Source: Cyanophora paradoxa CCMP329 (Eukaryota > Plantae > Glaucophyta). Taken from it: a DNA stretch of 64,000 nucleotides. Position 1 is the stretch's first letter. Each line of letters begins with the position of its first letter. Positions 11,172-20,280 of the stretch are shown piece by piece. The position numbers were made by a program, and so were the translations under genes. The stretch spans positions 25,767-89,766 of the forward strand of contig QPMI01000605.1 of NCBI GenBank assembly GCA_004431415.1. The letters are read 5' to 3'. The notes below the pieces were generated by a model. The model saw only the letters and a list, made by a program, of their open reading frames with translations, was not told where the DNA came from and ran no database searches.

Positions 11172-12005
11172 ATGGCTGAGCAACCCCCACTTGAACGAAT
11201 TATTACACCTCAACTATCATTAGCTGCCCCAGCAAACCATGTTTTACAGCATGCTACCTTTGATGATGTAGAGGGTCTCCAATCCACAGAGGTCCAACCT
11301 ACAATGAACACCTTTGGTTCCACCCACAAGCTGAGATTACAGGAACTCAGATGTGATAAAAATAATGGAATAGTTAAGACAACTAAGCTACTTGTGACAA
11401 ATGCAAACTTTTCTGCTCATTATGGAGACCCAGATAGCTATGGAGATCCTCTGTCTACTTATTCTTTTGAATCTAGGTCGGGAGCTATTAACTGCAAATC
11501 GGGGGGAGCTTATATTGGTGATGGTCTTAGGGTTGGTGGGGCTGTTGGAGCGCCTCTATTTGTGAATGATCAACCCAATCCCATTGATCCCAACACAAGA
11601 ATTCGAACCTATGTCCCCAGCATGAATGCCCCCTATATAATCAAGATATTCCCCATTGTTGTGAATGAACAAACAGCAGTAGTAGACTCTCTTGTTGAGA
11701 TTGGTGACCACTACAAGGTTGTTGTTGATATCCCACCAGATGTTTATGCTGTATGCCAAGTAGAAGGTGGAACTCCCAACTTTGCAGTAGTGATCACCCC
11801 ATATGATAATTTCGGAATTGCTTATCATGGAGTCAATTTCGGTTTGGAAGACTATCAGTTTCTTGTGAGAGCCACCAAGTTTGGTATCTACAAGTGTGTA
11901 TTATATGCTGAGAGAACCGATTTTATTGCAAAGCAGAATACCTATGCTGAATACTATGGGACAAATCGATATTTCCCCATTTTTGGGCAGGATACTGCTC
12001 CATAA
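11172..12005 (+). CDS. Fibre paralogue 4: shared anchor plus non-C1q C-terminal domain
   Basis: QELRCDKNNGIVKTT...SGGAYIGDG anchor. The C-terminus (YDNFGIAY...GIYKCVLYAERTD) is homologous to paralogue 3 (YNHFGYGY...GLYTITLIGLRTD). Confidence 0.75.
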   Translation: MAEQPPLERIITPQLSLAAPANHVLQHATFDDVEGLQSTEVQPTMNTFGSTHKLRLQELRCDKNNGIVKTTKLLVTNANFSAHYGDPDSYGDPLSTYSFESRSGAINCKSGGAYIGDGLRVGGAVGAPLFVNDQPNPIDPNTRIRTYVPSMNAPYIIKIFPIVVNEQTAVVDSLVEIGDHYKVVVDIPPDVYAVCQVEGGTPNFAVVITPYDNFGIAYHGVNFGLEDYQFLVRATKFGIYKCVLYAERTDFIAKQNTYAEYYGTNRYFPIFGQDTAP

Positions 12006-12027
12006 GAATATTGGTTATATATAGAGT

Positions 12028-12300
12028 ATGGATAGTAAAACAAAAAAGTTTATTGATGCTGCTATGTCAGTCCATGGTAAAGATAAATTCGATTACAGTG
12101 AGACACATTACATCAAAGCTCAAGAGAAAGTATCTGTTAGATGTTTGCAGTGTAATAAGGTAATCCTTACCTATCCCTTTAATCATGTGAAGGGATCAGG
12201 GTGTAGGGAATGCAACAAAAAGCACTCTCAGGCTTACAGGAAAAGGGCTACTTCATCAATAACAGTGGAATATAGGGATGTTTGCATTAGGTTCGATTAG
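12028..12300 (+). CDS. Stand-alone DUF723-like zinc-ribbon protein
   Basis: HGKDKFDYSETHY...VSVRCLQC...NHVKGSGCREC is the module normally attached to NCLDV/phage endonucleases. No nuclease domain is visible here. Confidence 0.7.
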   Translation: MDSKTKKFIDAAMSVHGKDKFDYSETHYIKAQEKVSVRCLQCNKVILTYPFNHVKGSGCRECNKKHSQAYRKRATSSITVEYRDVCIRFD

Positions 12301-12329
12301 GTTTAATTAATTTTTCTAAGGTATTCTTA

Positions 12330-12728
12330 ATGGAGACTCAATACAGAGGCTTTCATGTTATGCTTGATTACAAAGCTAAATCAGCTATTGCAACAGGACA
12401 TGAGCATGTTAGCTTCCTAGGTAATTGGATTATGGGAACCCTTGAACAAGCTATATTGAGACAAGGTATTAGGATTGTTCATAAACACTGTGAAATATTT
12501 GATGGCAAAGTATCACCTCCTGGTTTTGCATTAGTTCTGCTATTAGATGAAAGCCATTGCACAGCTCATTGTTATTCCAATGAAGGCATGTTAGCAATTG
12601 ATATATTCAGTTGTGGTAAAGAAGCTCAGCATAAAACACAATCAGTAGCAGATGAGATCGATAAAACAATGAATTTCTTAACATTTGAGAAGACTGAGAG
12701 ACATAAACATGATAGATTCCCGTTTTGA
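12330..12728 (+). CDS. speD: Prokaryotic-type (small, class 1b) pyruvoyl-dependent S-adenosylmethionine decarboxylase proenzyme
   Basis: 132 aa. PPGFALVLLLDESHCTAHCYSNEG...IDIFSCG contains the E/SH autocleavage site and the conserved D-x-F-x-CG. Confidence 0.9.
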   Translation: METQYRGFHVMLDYKAKSAIATGHEHVSFLGNWIMGTLEQAILRQGIRIVHKHCEIFDGKVSPPGFALVLLLDESHCTAHCYSNEGMLAIDIFSCGKEAQHKTQSVADEIDKTMNFLTFEKTERHKHDRFPF

Positions 12729-13011
12729 TGGGTTTCTATAATGAGTTTTGAAAGGATTCCTTTGTTTTTCAACAATGGATCTACTGTTAGAATATCGAAT
12801 ACTGTTCGATATCCCCAAGATAGATCTATCGTTAAAAAAAGATATAGTATATCCTTTTTTCTGTATAGATACAATAGAATCTTACAGTAAAACCACAGGG
12901 AGGGGGTCATGGGTAAAGAGAGAAAATGTGATTTATCAATAAAGTCGATAGATATATATGAGAGGCATAGGTAGGGGGTCATGGTTTTTGATCGAGGGTT
13001 GATGAAAAGTG

Positions 13012-13063
13012 AGCAATTTACGATTCCTATCGGGCATTGGTAAGGAATCGATCGTAAATTGCT
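13012..13063. other. Long imperfect hairpin near the A/B junction
   Basis: AGCAATTTACGATTCCT pairs with AGGAATCG(ATCG)TAAATTGCT: 17 bp with a 4-nt bulge. The inner part can close further with G-T pairs around a GCA loop. Confidence 0.6.
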
Positions 13064-13135
13064 TTGATTATCGATGAGGTCTATTTATGCAATGCGGGGT
13101 TTTAACTGTGAGGTTGACTGCAGACCGACCGAGAG

Positions 13136-13405
13136 CTGAGCTGTGAGCATTACACCCAAAAATTACCCCAATATAATTTGCCCCTTCAAGCAATATCCGC
13201 ATGATTCCCAGTAACCCAATCCCCAATCTCAGTAAATCTCAGTAAGCCTCAGTCACAATCTATTTTATTTAATCGAAGTTATATCTTAAATCTTATTAAT
13301 CGAAGTTATATCTTAAATTAATTAATCGAAGTTATATCTTAAATCTTATTTAATCGAAGTTATATCTAAAATCTAATCAATCGAAGTTATATGCATTACA
13401 CCCAA
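13136..13405 (+). repeat. Left terminal inverted repeat of element B (270 bp)
   Basis: CTGAGCTGTGAGCATTACACCCAA...GCATTACACCCAA is the reverse complement of 24169-24438; no mismatch seen by eye. Confidence 0.95.
13271..13392 (+). repeat. Five tandem AATCGAAGTTATAT boxes (26-28 bp period) inside the TIR
   Basis: Copies start at 13271, 13298, 13324, 13352 and 13379, and are mirrored at ~24182-24303. Confidence 0.95.
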
Positions 13406-14464
13406 CTACCTTTTAGTTAATCCGCTTCTTAATTGATACCTTTTTCTAACAACTTTGCTGCGATTTGGTTTGATTCCCTCTTTTGCAACTTTTCGATTCA
13501 CTGTGTTTGTTTTCTTTACAGCTTGAATCCTCATTTGCTGTGGAATTTTCATTATCTCATCTCGTTTCACTTTCTGTAACTCTTGTTGCTTAAAACGTCT
13601 CTTTAATTCCTCTGCATCATCTCCATTATCTTCAAGCACCTTGAATCGATTAGCATCTTTCCCAGCTACTTTGTAAATCTTCTGACTGAACCTGGGGCCT
13701 TCCTTTGAGAATGCACCTCTCTCCTCTAAAACTCTTACAGTATCTCCTGGTTTGATTTTATCGGGTTGATTCTCTTTAACATCCATGTTATGCTTGGTGG
13801 TTTTTAGGAAAATAAACATTTGCTTCTGTGGACTTGCAAACACTTGGTTTGGGGAATCATTGTTCAGTGATGAATGAGGCGAGTTATTGTAAGCCTTTAG
13901 CACATCTGGGATTAATTCGACCCACTTCGAAGTATTCCTCGAGACCATGAGTTTGTTCATGTATTGTTTGAAGGTTCGAGTGAATCGATCGATTATCCCA
14001 AGTTTATTCCCAGCAGAAATGTGATCTTCTTTCGCAACATCTGTATACAATTCGACACCATTTTCACTGCACCAAGTTCGATAAACCGCACTGGAAAACT
14101 CATTATCCCCTGCCAATCCTACAACCTTACCTGCTTCGCCCTTGAATTTATTAAGTATTCCCGGAATCTCTTCGCTGGTCTTGAAAGCATACACAAATGC
14201 CTTTCTACTTAGAATGTCAATGAAACTAAGCGCTTTAATGTATCCATAATTTGCTGTCTTAAACTTTCTGAAAAACATGACATCAACCTGAAATGAGTAT
14301 GGCTGGGCAACTATTCTTAAAAACGTAGTCTTTTTCCTAGGCTTCTTGAAAATTTGATGCAGTTCGGAATTCTTATACTTGTTTCTCAGTTCCGCCTCAT
14401 CAAATTCCTTCCCTTCACTAATGAGCTTCTGTTTGTATTTTTTGTATGATAGTATATTCTCCAT
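13406..14464 (-). CDS. Retroviral-type (rve) integrase of Polinton/mavirus style
   Basis: FQVDVMF, IDILSRKAFVY, GDNEF, GIIDRFTRTFK, YNNSPHSSL...P, and the SH3-like PGDTVRV...FSKEGPRFSQKIYKV. The third catalytic position is D rather than E. The stop codon abuts the TIR. Confidence 0.93.
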   Translation of the reverse strand: MENILSYKKYKQKLISEGKEFDEAELRNKYKNSELHQIFKKPRKKTTFLRIVAQPYSFQVDVMFFRKFKTANYGYIKALSFIDILSRKAFVYAFKTSEEIPGILNKFKGEAGKVVGLAGDNEFSSAVYRTWCSENGVELYTDVAKEDHISAGNKLGIIDRFTRTFKQYMNKLMVSRNTSKWVELIPDVLKAYNNSPHSSLNNDSPNQVFASPQKQMFIFLKTTKHNMDVKENQPDKIKPGDTVRVLEERGAFSKEGPRFSQKIYKVAGKDANRFKVLEDNGDDAEELKRRFKQQELQKVKRDEIMKIPQQMRIQAVKKTNTVNRKVAKEGIKPNRSKVVRKRYQLRSGLTKR

Positions 14465-17400
14465 TACTGGGCTGAACAGTTACACCTACAATGTGACAAG
14501 AAACAGTTTCGAGAAATGTGAGCGATAGCATTGTTCTCCCGATCGACAGTAGCTTCTTCGAAATCCATAATATCAAAGCACCTTCTGCATCGCCCCAATT
14601 GCTTCCCATACTGCTTTTTGAACCAGTCCCAATCAACATACTCTGCCAAGGAGAACTCCCGATTGGCTTGTTTGTCCTGGGATTTGTAGGAATCGATTTT
14701 CTGAGCTTGATCCTCCTTCGTTTTCACCATTGTAGCCGCCTCGGATTTATCAACGAAAATCACGGTATCCGAGAGATTTTGGGTTCGAGTTGCTGCAACA
14801 TAGAACCACTCAGCAGTAACATATGGGGACCCAGTCTCGTGAATTACAACACGAGAATCCCTGATTGTGTCACCCTGAATGATGTGACAGGTGAAAGCAT
14901 GGGTCAATGCGAAATACTTGATATCTTCGCTTTTTAGAGTATGCACTTCACCCGAATCAATGTCTTTGAGAGTGAGAATTTCCTTGGCTTTGTATTCGAC
15001 CACTTCGTAAACAAAGCCCCGCTGAATGATGCCCTCACTTGTTGTCATTCGCACCTTTGCAATCAGCTCAACACCTGTCTTATATACAGGATCCTCTCCA
15101 TGAATCATTTTATGCATTTTGTTGTTCACCTCTGCACACTTGCGGTTTGAATTGCATATTGAGATATCACCCTTCTCCAATGTATCAACTACTTTCAAGC
15201 CCAATCGTCTGGCAGCAATAGAAACTGGTAGTTCAGTCCTGAATAAGTCCTCCCATAACTGGTCGAATTTCTTCTGATCTGCAGCCAGTTTATGACGCTT
15301 TCCAACCTGCAGGTAAACCTCGTTCTTGAAAAGTCTATCGAAGATCTTGTTGTAGTAATCTCGTTGATTGACTGTTATGAATTGGATGGGTGGGTTCTGG
15401 TAGGGGTCGCCTGTTGCGATGTAGAGTTTGTCTGGGAACTGCACAGTCATCACATCGCACAGAGATTCCAATTCCCTAATCTCAAACTGGTAGATCTCAT
15501 CAATAACAAAGCAATCGTACTTAGATAATTCCGAAACCTTCTTCCCAACATTTCCCTTCATTCTCTCATCATCAACATTCAAATTCAAGGCTCGATAAAT
15601 AGTCATCACCTCAGGAGCATCCTGCCCCACTCTGCTTTTAGTTCCATTCGCAAATCCTTGCATCTCTTATTAGTAGGCGCAACGAACAAGCATTTCTTAC
15701 CATACTTCTTGGCCATTGCCTTTGCCAAAGTAGTCTTACCAGTTCCCGGTTTCACTCCTTTAATCAGCACATTACCTTGCCCATCCAAAGCATTTACGAT
15801 TGCTGGGAGGTCATACTCATCCTGGAACTTGTGAACCTTGTGAACAATCTTTTCAACATTGATGAAAGGTTTGGAACGAGTTTTGAGTCGATCAAATGTG
15901 ATCATGTGGCTCTTTGGTTTTTTGGAAGTCCTCTTACTGTGGGTTATCGAGTTCATGTTTGCTGGCTTCACATCAAACTTTCCAGTGTTCTCGAATAGGT
16001 TTCGGTCAAACTGCTCGAATGGATATGGTCTATCGATTGTCAGCTCATCGGTCTTGATTGCAAGGACTCCCACTCCCTCAGAGAGCAATTTCTTGCATAG
16101 GCGATACATGATGCCTCGCATGGTGGAGTAAATCACGCACTGTATTGGCAGGAAACCATCAATGAAAGCCCGTTCTTGTTCTTCCTGGTTCACATACCAA
16201 ATCATGGGCGATTTAATGTCCTTCTCATTCTTAACTGATGTGTGTGTTGGCTTCTCTTGATCGAAACTTATAAACTTCAGGGTCCCTCCATTCTCTTCAA
16301 TGAAATTCAGAGCATCATTTTTATTGAAAAAGGTGTAGGTGGTTGCTTTTCGCTGGGACTTCTTACCAAATAGACCAATGTGATGGTTGGCAATGTCTTT
16401 CTTCTCCTTGGTCGAAAGCTGACTTGCATACAACTGCTTGAAAGCCTGCAAGGTGACATTCTCGGCAATCCGATAAGGTCTTAGAACTGCCTCAATGCTG
16501 ATGTCATCCTTAATATCCTCGTAAAACTCTTTCAAAACCTCACCATACATCAGGTTATACTTTGAATCGACGAGAATCCTCTTGTATTGATTCAAGGTAT
16601 TCGCCTCACCATAATTTCTGAATGCTTTGAAGTGTTTGGCTTTCACTTTCACGGAATAGAACGAATTGTCTTCGATGTCCGAGCTGCAAGACACTTTGAC
16701 TTTTTCGAATCTATCAAATGAACTGAAAACTGGAAACACCTTAAGCACTTTCGAAACGATGTGTGTGTATGCTTTGGAAATGTCGAGCTTGTGAGTATCA
16801 ATGGATCCATAGGCAATGTTCTCTACTATTGTTCGGACCTCAGAGGCAGATCCAAAGAACCCAGTCAATGCACTCTGTTGCCCTTTAGTAAATGCTGCAT
16901 ATGTTTCTGGATTATATTTGCTTTTGTAGGGTTTGTTGATAAGCGCCCTATACATCATCTGACTCATCTCATCAAACAACTTGCGATGGGCATCATCTGC
17001 AAGGTTCACATCAATATTTTCCATATCCACCATGTTGCCTGGTGGAAGGATAATTACATCTTTATCCTCTATTGTGTAGTGAATGTATGTTATTGTTCCC
17101 TCATCAGTAATGGAAGTGTGAACCTCGTGATTAGCCTTTCGGAAGCTTCCCAACAACTCAAGTAACGGCTTGTTGTATGTGATCTTAATTTTTCGGAATT
17201 GCTATCTTTCTCTCTGGCAATGATCTTGATGATATCCTCCTCGCTGTAAGCAAAGAAGCTGTTATCGTTGAACTGTGTTTTGATCTTGTATTTCATGGCT
17301 GCTGAACCCATACTCTTCTTGGTTTCACGGGCGCCAGTTCCATTGAAAGAACGAACCAGTTTACTGAGATCCTTATTTAATACATAAACGTGGTCGTTTG

Positions 17401-18658
17401 CAATCTGCACGTAAACACTTGCGGGAACTAAGTGAGAGTTGGTTCGATTCGGTTTGAAGGAAAGAGTATGAATAACCTTGTCATCCTTTCCAATTGCAAT
17501 GAACCTGATGCGCCACTTTTTCAAGAAAGGAAGAAGCTCATCAAAACTCACTCCCCAATCAGAATCAGGCTTAGGTTCATATCCCTTGATCTGAGCAAAG
17601 AGCCAGTCTTTTGAGTAGTTGACCTTCTTATACTTCTTGATGCTATGGGCATACTCAAATCCTTTGCATAGGACCTGGTGTAATGCTTCAATTAAACAAT
17701 CTTTGATGGTAAGTGAATCATCGGGACATATTTGGTCCATCACACACTTAGCCTGACCATTGAGGGTGTATTTTACGAAACGAGATACGATTTTTGGAGC
17801 CTGCCCATCTCGCAGAACTCGTTCATTCAAAGGGTATACTGTTTTGTTATCGCTGACAATAATCTCCTCGATTGTCATCACCTCTGGATACTTGATGTCT
17901 GATCCATTGGGCGCATCATTCGTGAAAACCTTAACGAATTGATAGTCTCGATTGCGAGGGTTGCTTTGCCCAATAGAAATCAGGAAGGAACCAATCTCGT
18001 TCAGAGTCCACAATGCAAGGAAGTTATTAAAGTCCTCTTGCACCTGTTCAAGCAATCTCACCAGCACTTGCTTGGGGCAGGAAAGCATCAATGCGCGTTT
18101 TCCGGATTTTTGTGTTTCAATGTAAGGTGTGTCTTCGTGGATAACAACATCGTAGTTGTTTGGGAGGTTATTGAAGTCTTCAGGAATTCGGTAAAACCTC
18201 ACACGAAGCGAGACTGTATCACCATCCTGGGCCTCAATATCCCTTATGATTCTCCTTACCAGCGCTTTGAACTGCTTACTTTGCTGCTTTTCCACATTCT
18301 TCTGGGAACGAGCGGAACGTTTAGCCTTCTTATTCTGCTTGCGATCAAAGCGCTTCCGCTTCTTTGCTTCGGCTGCTTTCTTGTTCTGCTTCTCAACATT
18401 CTTAGCGGCTCTCTCAGCCCTCTTCTCCTTCTTCTCTTGCTTGCGATACAAACGAGGCTCTACGATACCTCTCAGTGTATCTCTGATATCAATCAACTTT
18501 GGAATTCTAATTGCTTTGAAAGTAAATTCTCTCAAGAAATAGATATCCTGCTCTCGGGTCAATTTGTCTTCTACTTTTGCTTGCATGTAGTAACCAAGAA
18601 TCTCATCCTGCAAATTCTTCGAAATCCGATTACTTGGTCGAGGCATTTCTTTGTTCAC
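14464..18658 (-). CDS. ~1,400-aa replication polyprotein: basic N-terminus, OTU-like Cys/His domain, divergent family-B polymerase, SF1 (RecD/Pif1-like) helicase, HNH-like Zn domain; two frameshifts (~17190, ~15640)
   Basis: Joins three overlapping ORFs. DCLIEAL...NDHVY (Cys/His). PolB motifs LDISKAY, KDIANHHIGLFGKK, IKTDEL. Helicase GVKPGTGKTT, VIDEIYQ, GDPYQNPP, AFTCHIIQGDT, YVAATR. C-terminal CRRC...VDRENNAIAHISRNC...CN. Confidence 0.82.
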
Positions 18659-18702
18659 TCTATTAATATATACCTACAAAAGTTTTCTTTAAATACTTTT
18701 AT
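18659..18702 (-). promoter_or_regulatory. Candidate promoter motif TAYTTAAAGA...TATATTAA shared by the polyprotein gene and the 19145 gene
   Basis: Minus strand AAAAGTATTTAAAGA-N-TATATTAATAGAG here and AAAACTACTTAAAGA-N-TATATTAAGAGAG at ~19160-19198. Confidence 0.45.
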
Positions 18703-18887
18703 ACTCGCGTCAATTTTTACCGGCAAAACCGAAAGTCTTCGACAAAATAAATTTAGTCGAGGGCATTTATAAAAATAACAAAGGGTTGGCTCGATGATCG
18801 AACTCTAAAAATAACAGAATGATTTTATTTGTGGTTCCAGCGCGGTTCCCACGGGTTTCTCAGAGCAGATCGCGCTGAGAAAAACGA

Positions 18888-19145
18888 TTAACAGACATAT
18901 TTCGATTTGCGACCACGGTTAGAATAGGGGACACCATAGAGATACTTCACAAAGCAGACTGCATTGGAAGCATAGAGACGCTGGGAACTCTCAACGATTC
19001 TCATGGCTCTGTAACACTCATCAGTATGGTATAAATCACGCATTTGCTTTGCGAATTTCGCATTATACTTTTTTAAATATTCCTGACCTTTTTCAGTTTT
19101 GCGATAACGATAAGTAGCACGCTTCTGAGCCTCACTGATTGGCAT
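18888..19145 (-). CDS. Small basic hypothetical protein (possible DNA binding)
   Basis: 85 aa, MPISEAQKRATYRYRKTEKG. AT-rich upstream motif; a TTTCTCAG/CTGAGAAA hairpin lies just downstream (~18856-18882). Confidence 0.6.
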   Translation of the reverse strand: MPISEAQKRATYRYRKTEKGQEYLKKYNAKFAKQMRDLYHTDECYRAMRIVESSQRLYASNAVCFVKYLYGVPYSNRGRKSKYVC

Positions 19146-19494
19146 TTTGTCCTTTTCTACTCTCTTAATATATGTTAAGAAATCTTTAAGTAGTTTTTCT
19201 GTCTGTATATATCGATTAAACTCCTGTCAATTTTTGGTCCCGATTGCAGAGCATCCAATTCTGAAAGAAGATGCTGGAAAAATGATAAAGCCACCGATAC
19301 CCAGAAGGTTCACTTGTCGGCTGCAAGTTTCTACCACTGAACCCGATAGAACAGGTGATTAAAGTGATTTACCTATGGATATTTCACTTCGCTCTACAAC
19401 GCCTCCATAAAAATGAAGAAGTTTTGAGCCTACGGATAGGATTGGTTACGTAGCGCTAACAATATTCAAGATTTTTTAAATTCGGAAATGATCC

Positions 19495-20244
19495 TTAACG
19501 GCGATAACCGGGTCTAATACCAAGCTTGGCAAACCCTGAGACCATTGGGGCAGCATTTGGAATCGAGTTGACTGGATCAGCCTGCGAAGTGGCAACCCGA
19601 AGGATCGATTTATTCAGGACCGGCAAATCCGTTTTGTTGGAGTCTTGATACTCAATGGTCTTCGCAATCAATTCAGTTGGTGAATCTTTTACGGCTTGCA
19701 CAGGTTCAGGGATGACTTCATGGGTTACCTCTGGTTTCTTCTCCACCTTCTCCTTTGTGATTGGCTGTTCCTTGATCTTGTTTTCGTTTTTGGTCTCTGC
19801 TGCAATGCCATCAACAAGACTCTTAGCATACTGGTATGTCACAGATTTCAGTCCACCAGTGGTTGATCGAATAAAGTAGCGGTTGCGATGGTCTTTCTCG
19901 GAATAGGTTGAGTAGAGTCGCTCACCACCATCAAGCAGTTTCAGCAGTGTCGATGATGAGGCAACCTTGTCCTTCGTGGATGATTTGAACTGCCCTTTCT
20001 TGATTCCTCGTTTGGCTCCAGGCATGCGGTTCAGTGGGACTTGGTCAACCAGGGCATTATCATCATTTGAGTTTGAAGTAAGCGCGATTGTGTGAGCATT
20101 CATGGTTTGGTGAACATTTTTATCGAGATCACCAGTTCCATATGCAGCGGTTCCTTTTGATTTCTTAAACTGTTTCCGTTCTGGTTCTGCTTGCTCAACT
20201 GGTTTGGCTAAGAAATTCTTTGGCTGGGTCTTTCGAGTTGCCAT
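19495..20244 (-). CDS. Lys-rich hypothetical protein (possible core/DNA-condensing protein)
   Basis: 249-aa uninterrupted ORF downstream of the penton on the same strand. No recognisable motif. Confidence 0.6.
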   Translation of the reverse strand: MATRKTQPKNFLAKPVEQAEPERKQFKKSKGTAAYGTGDLDKNVHQTMNAHTIALTSNSNDDNALVDQVPLNRMPGAKRGIKKGQFKSSTKDKVASSSTLLKLLDGGERLYSTYSEKDHRNRYFIRSTTGGLKSVTYQYAKSLVDGIAAETKNENKIKEQPITKEKVEKKPEVTHEVIPEPVQAVKDSPTELIAKTIEYQDSNKTDLPVLNKSILRVATSQADPVNSIPNAAPMVSGFAKLGIRPGYRR

Positions 20245-20280
20245 TTGTAATATCGAGACAAATTTATTCTACAGTATTTC

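Larger units (their letters stand above)
1..13135. mobile_element. Endogenous Polinton-like/DJR-capsid virus, element A (right part only; left end beyond the window)
   Basis: AT-rich, intronless, tightly packed genes: MCP, two penton-like genes, patatin, five fibre genes, AdoMetDC. Right limit set by the start of element B's TIR; A's own terminus is not identified. Confidence 0.85.

Noticed and set aside
12626-12982. ORFs 12626-12982 (-) and 12748-12942 (+)
   Set aside because: Low-complexity AT-rich sequence with non-ATG or overlapping starts and no motifs; more likely a non-coding terminal region.
13125-13140. Target-site duplication for element B
   Set aside because: No 4-6 bp direct match between flanks for either boundary choice (GAGAG vs ACGCT; AGAGC vs GACGC).
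13271-13392. TIR boxes read ATAACTTCGATTA on one strand, 11/13 identical to a loxP arm (ATAACTTCGTATA)
   Set aside because: They are direct tandem copies, not inverted arms around an 8-bp spacer, and no tyrosine recombinase is visible in the window. Probably coincidence in AT-rich DNA.
17939-18772. 277-aa plus-strand ORF and other antisense ORFs in the viral region (e.g. 245-532, 21719-22189)
   Set aside because: They are shadows or alternative frames of well-supported genes and carry no motifs of their own.
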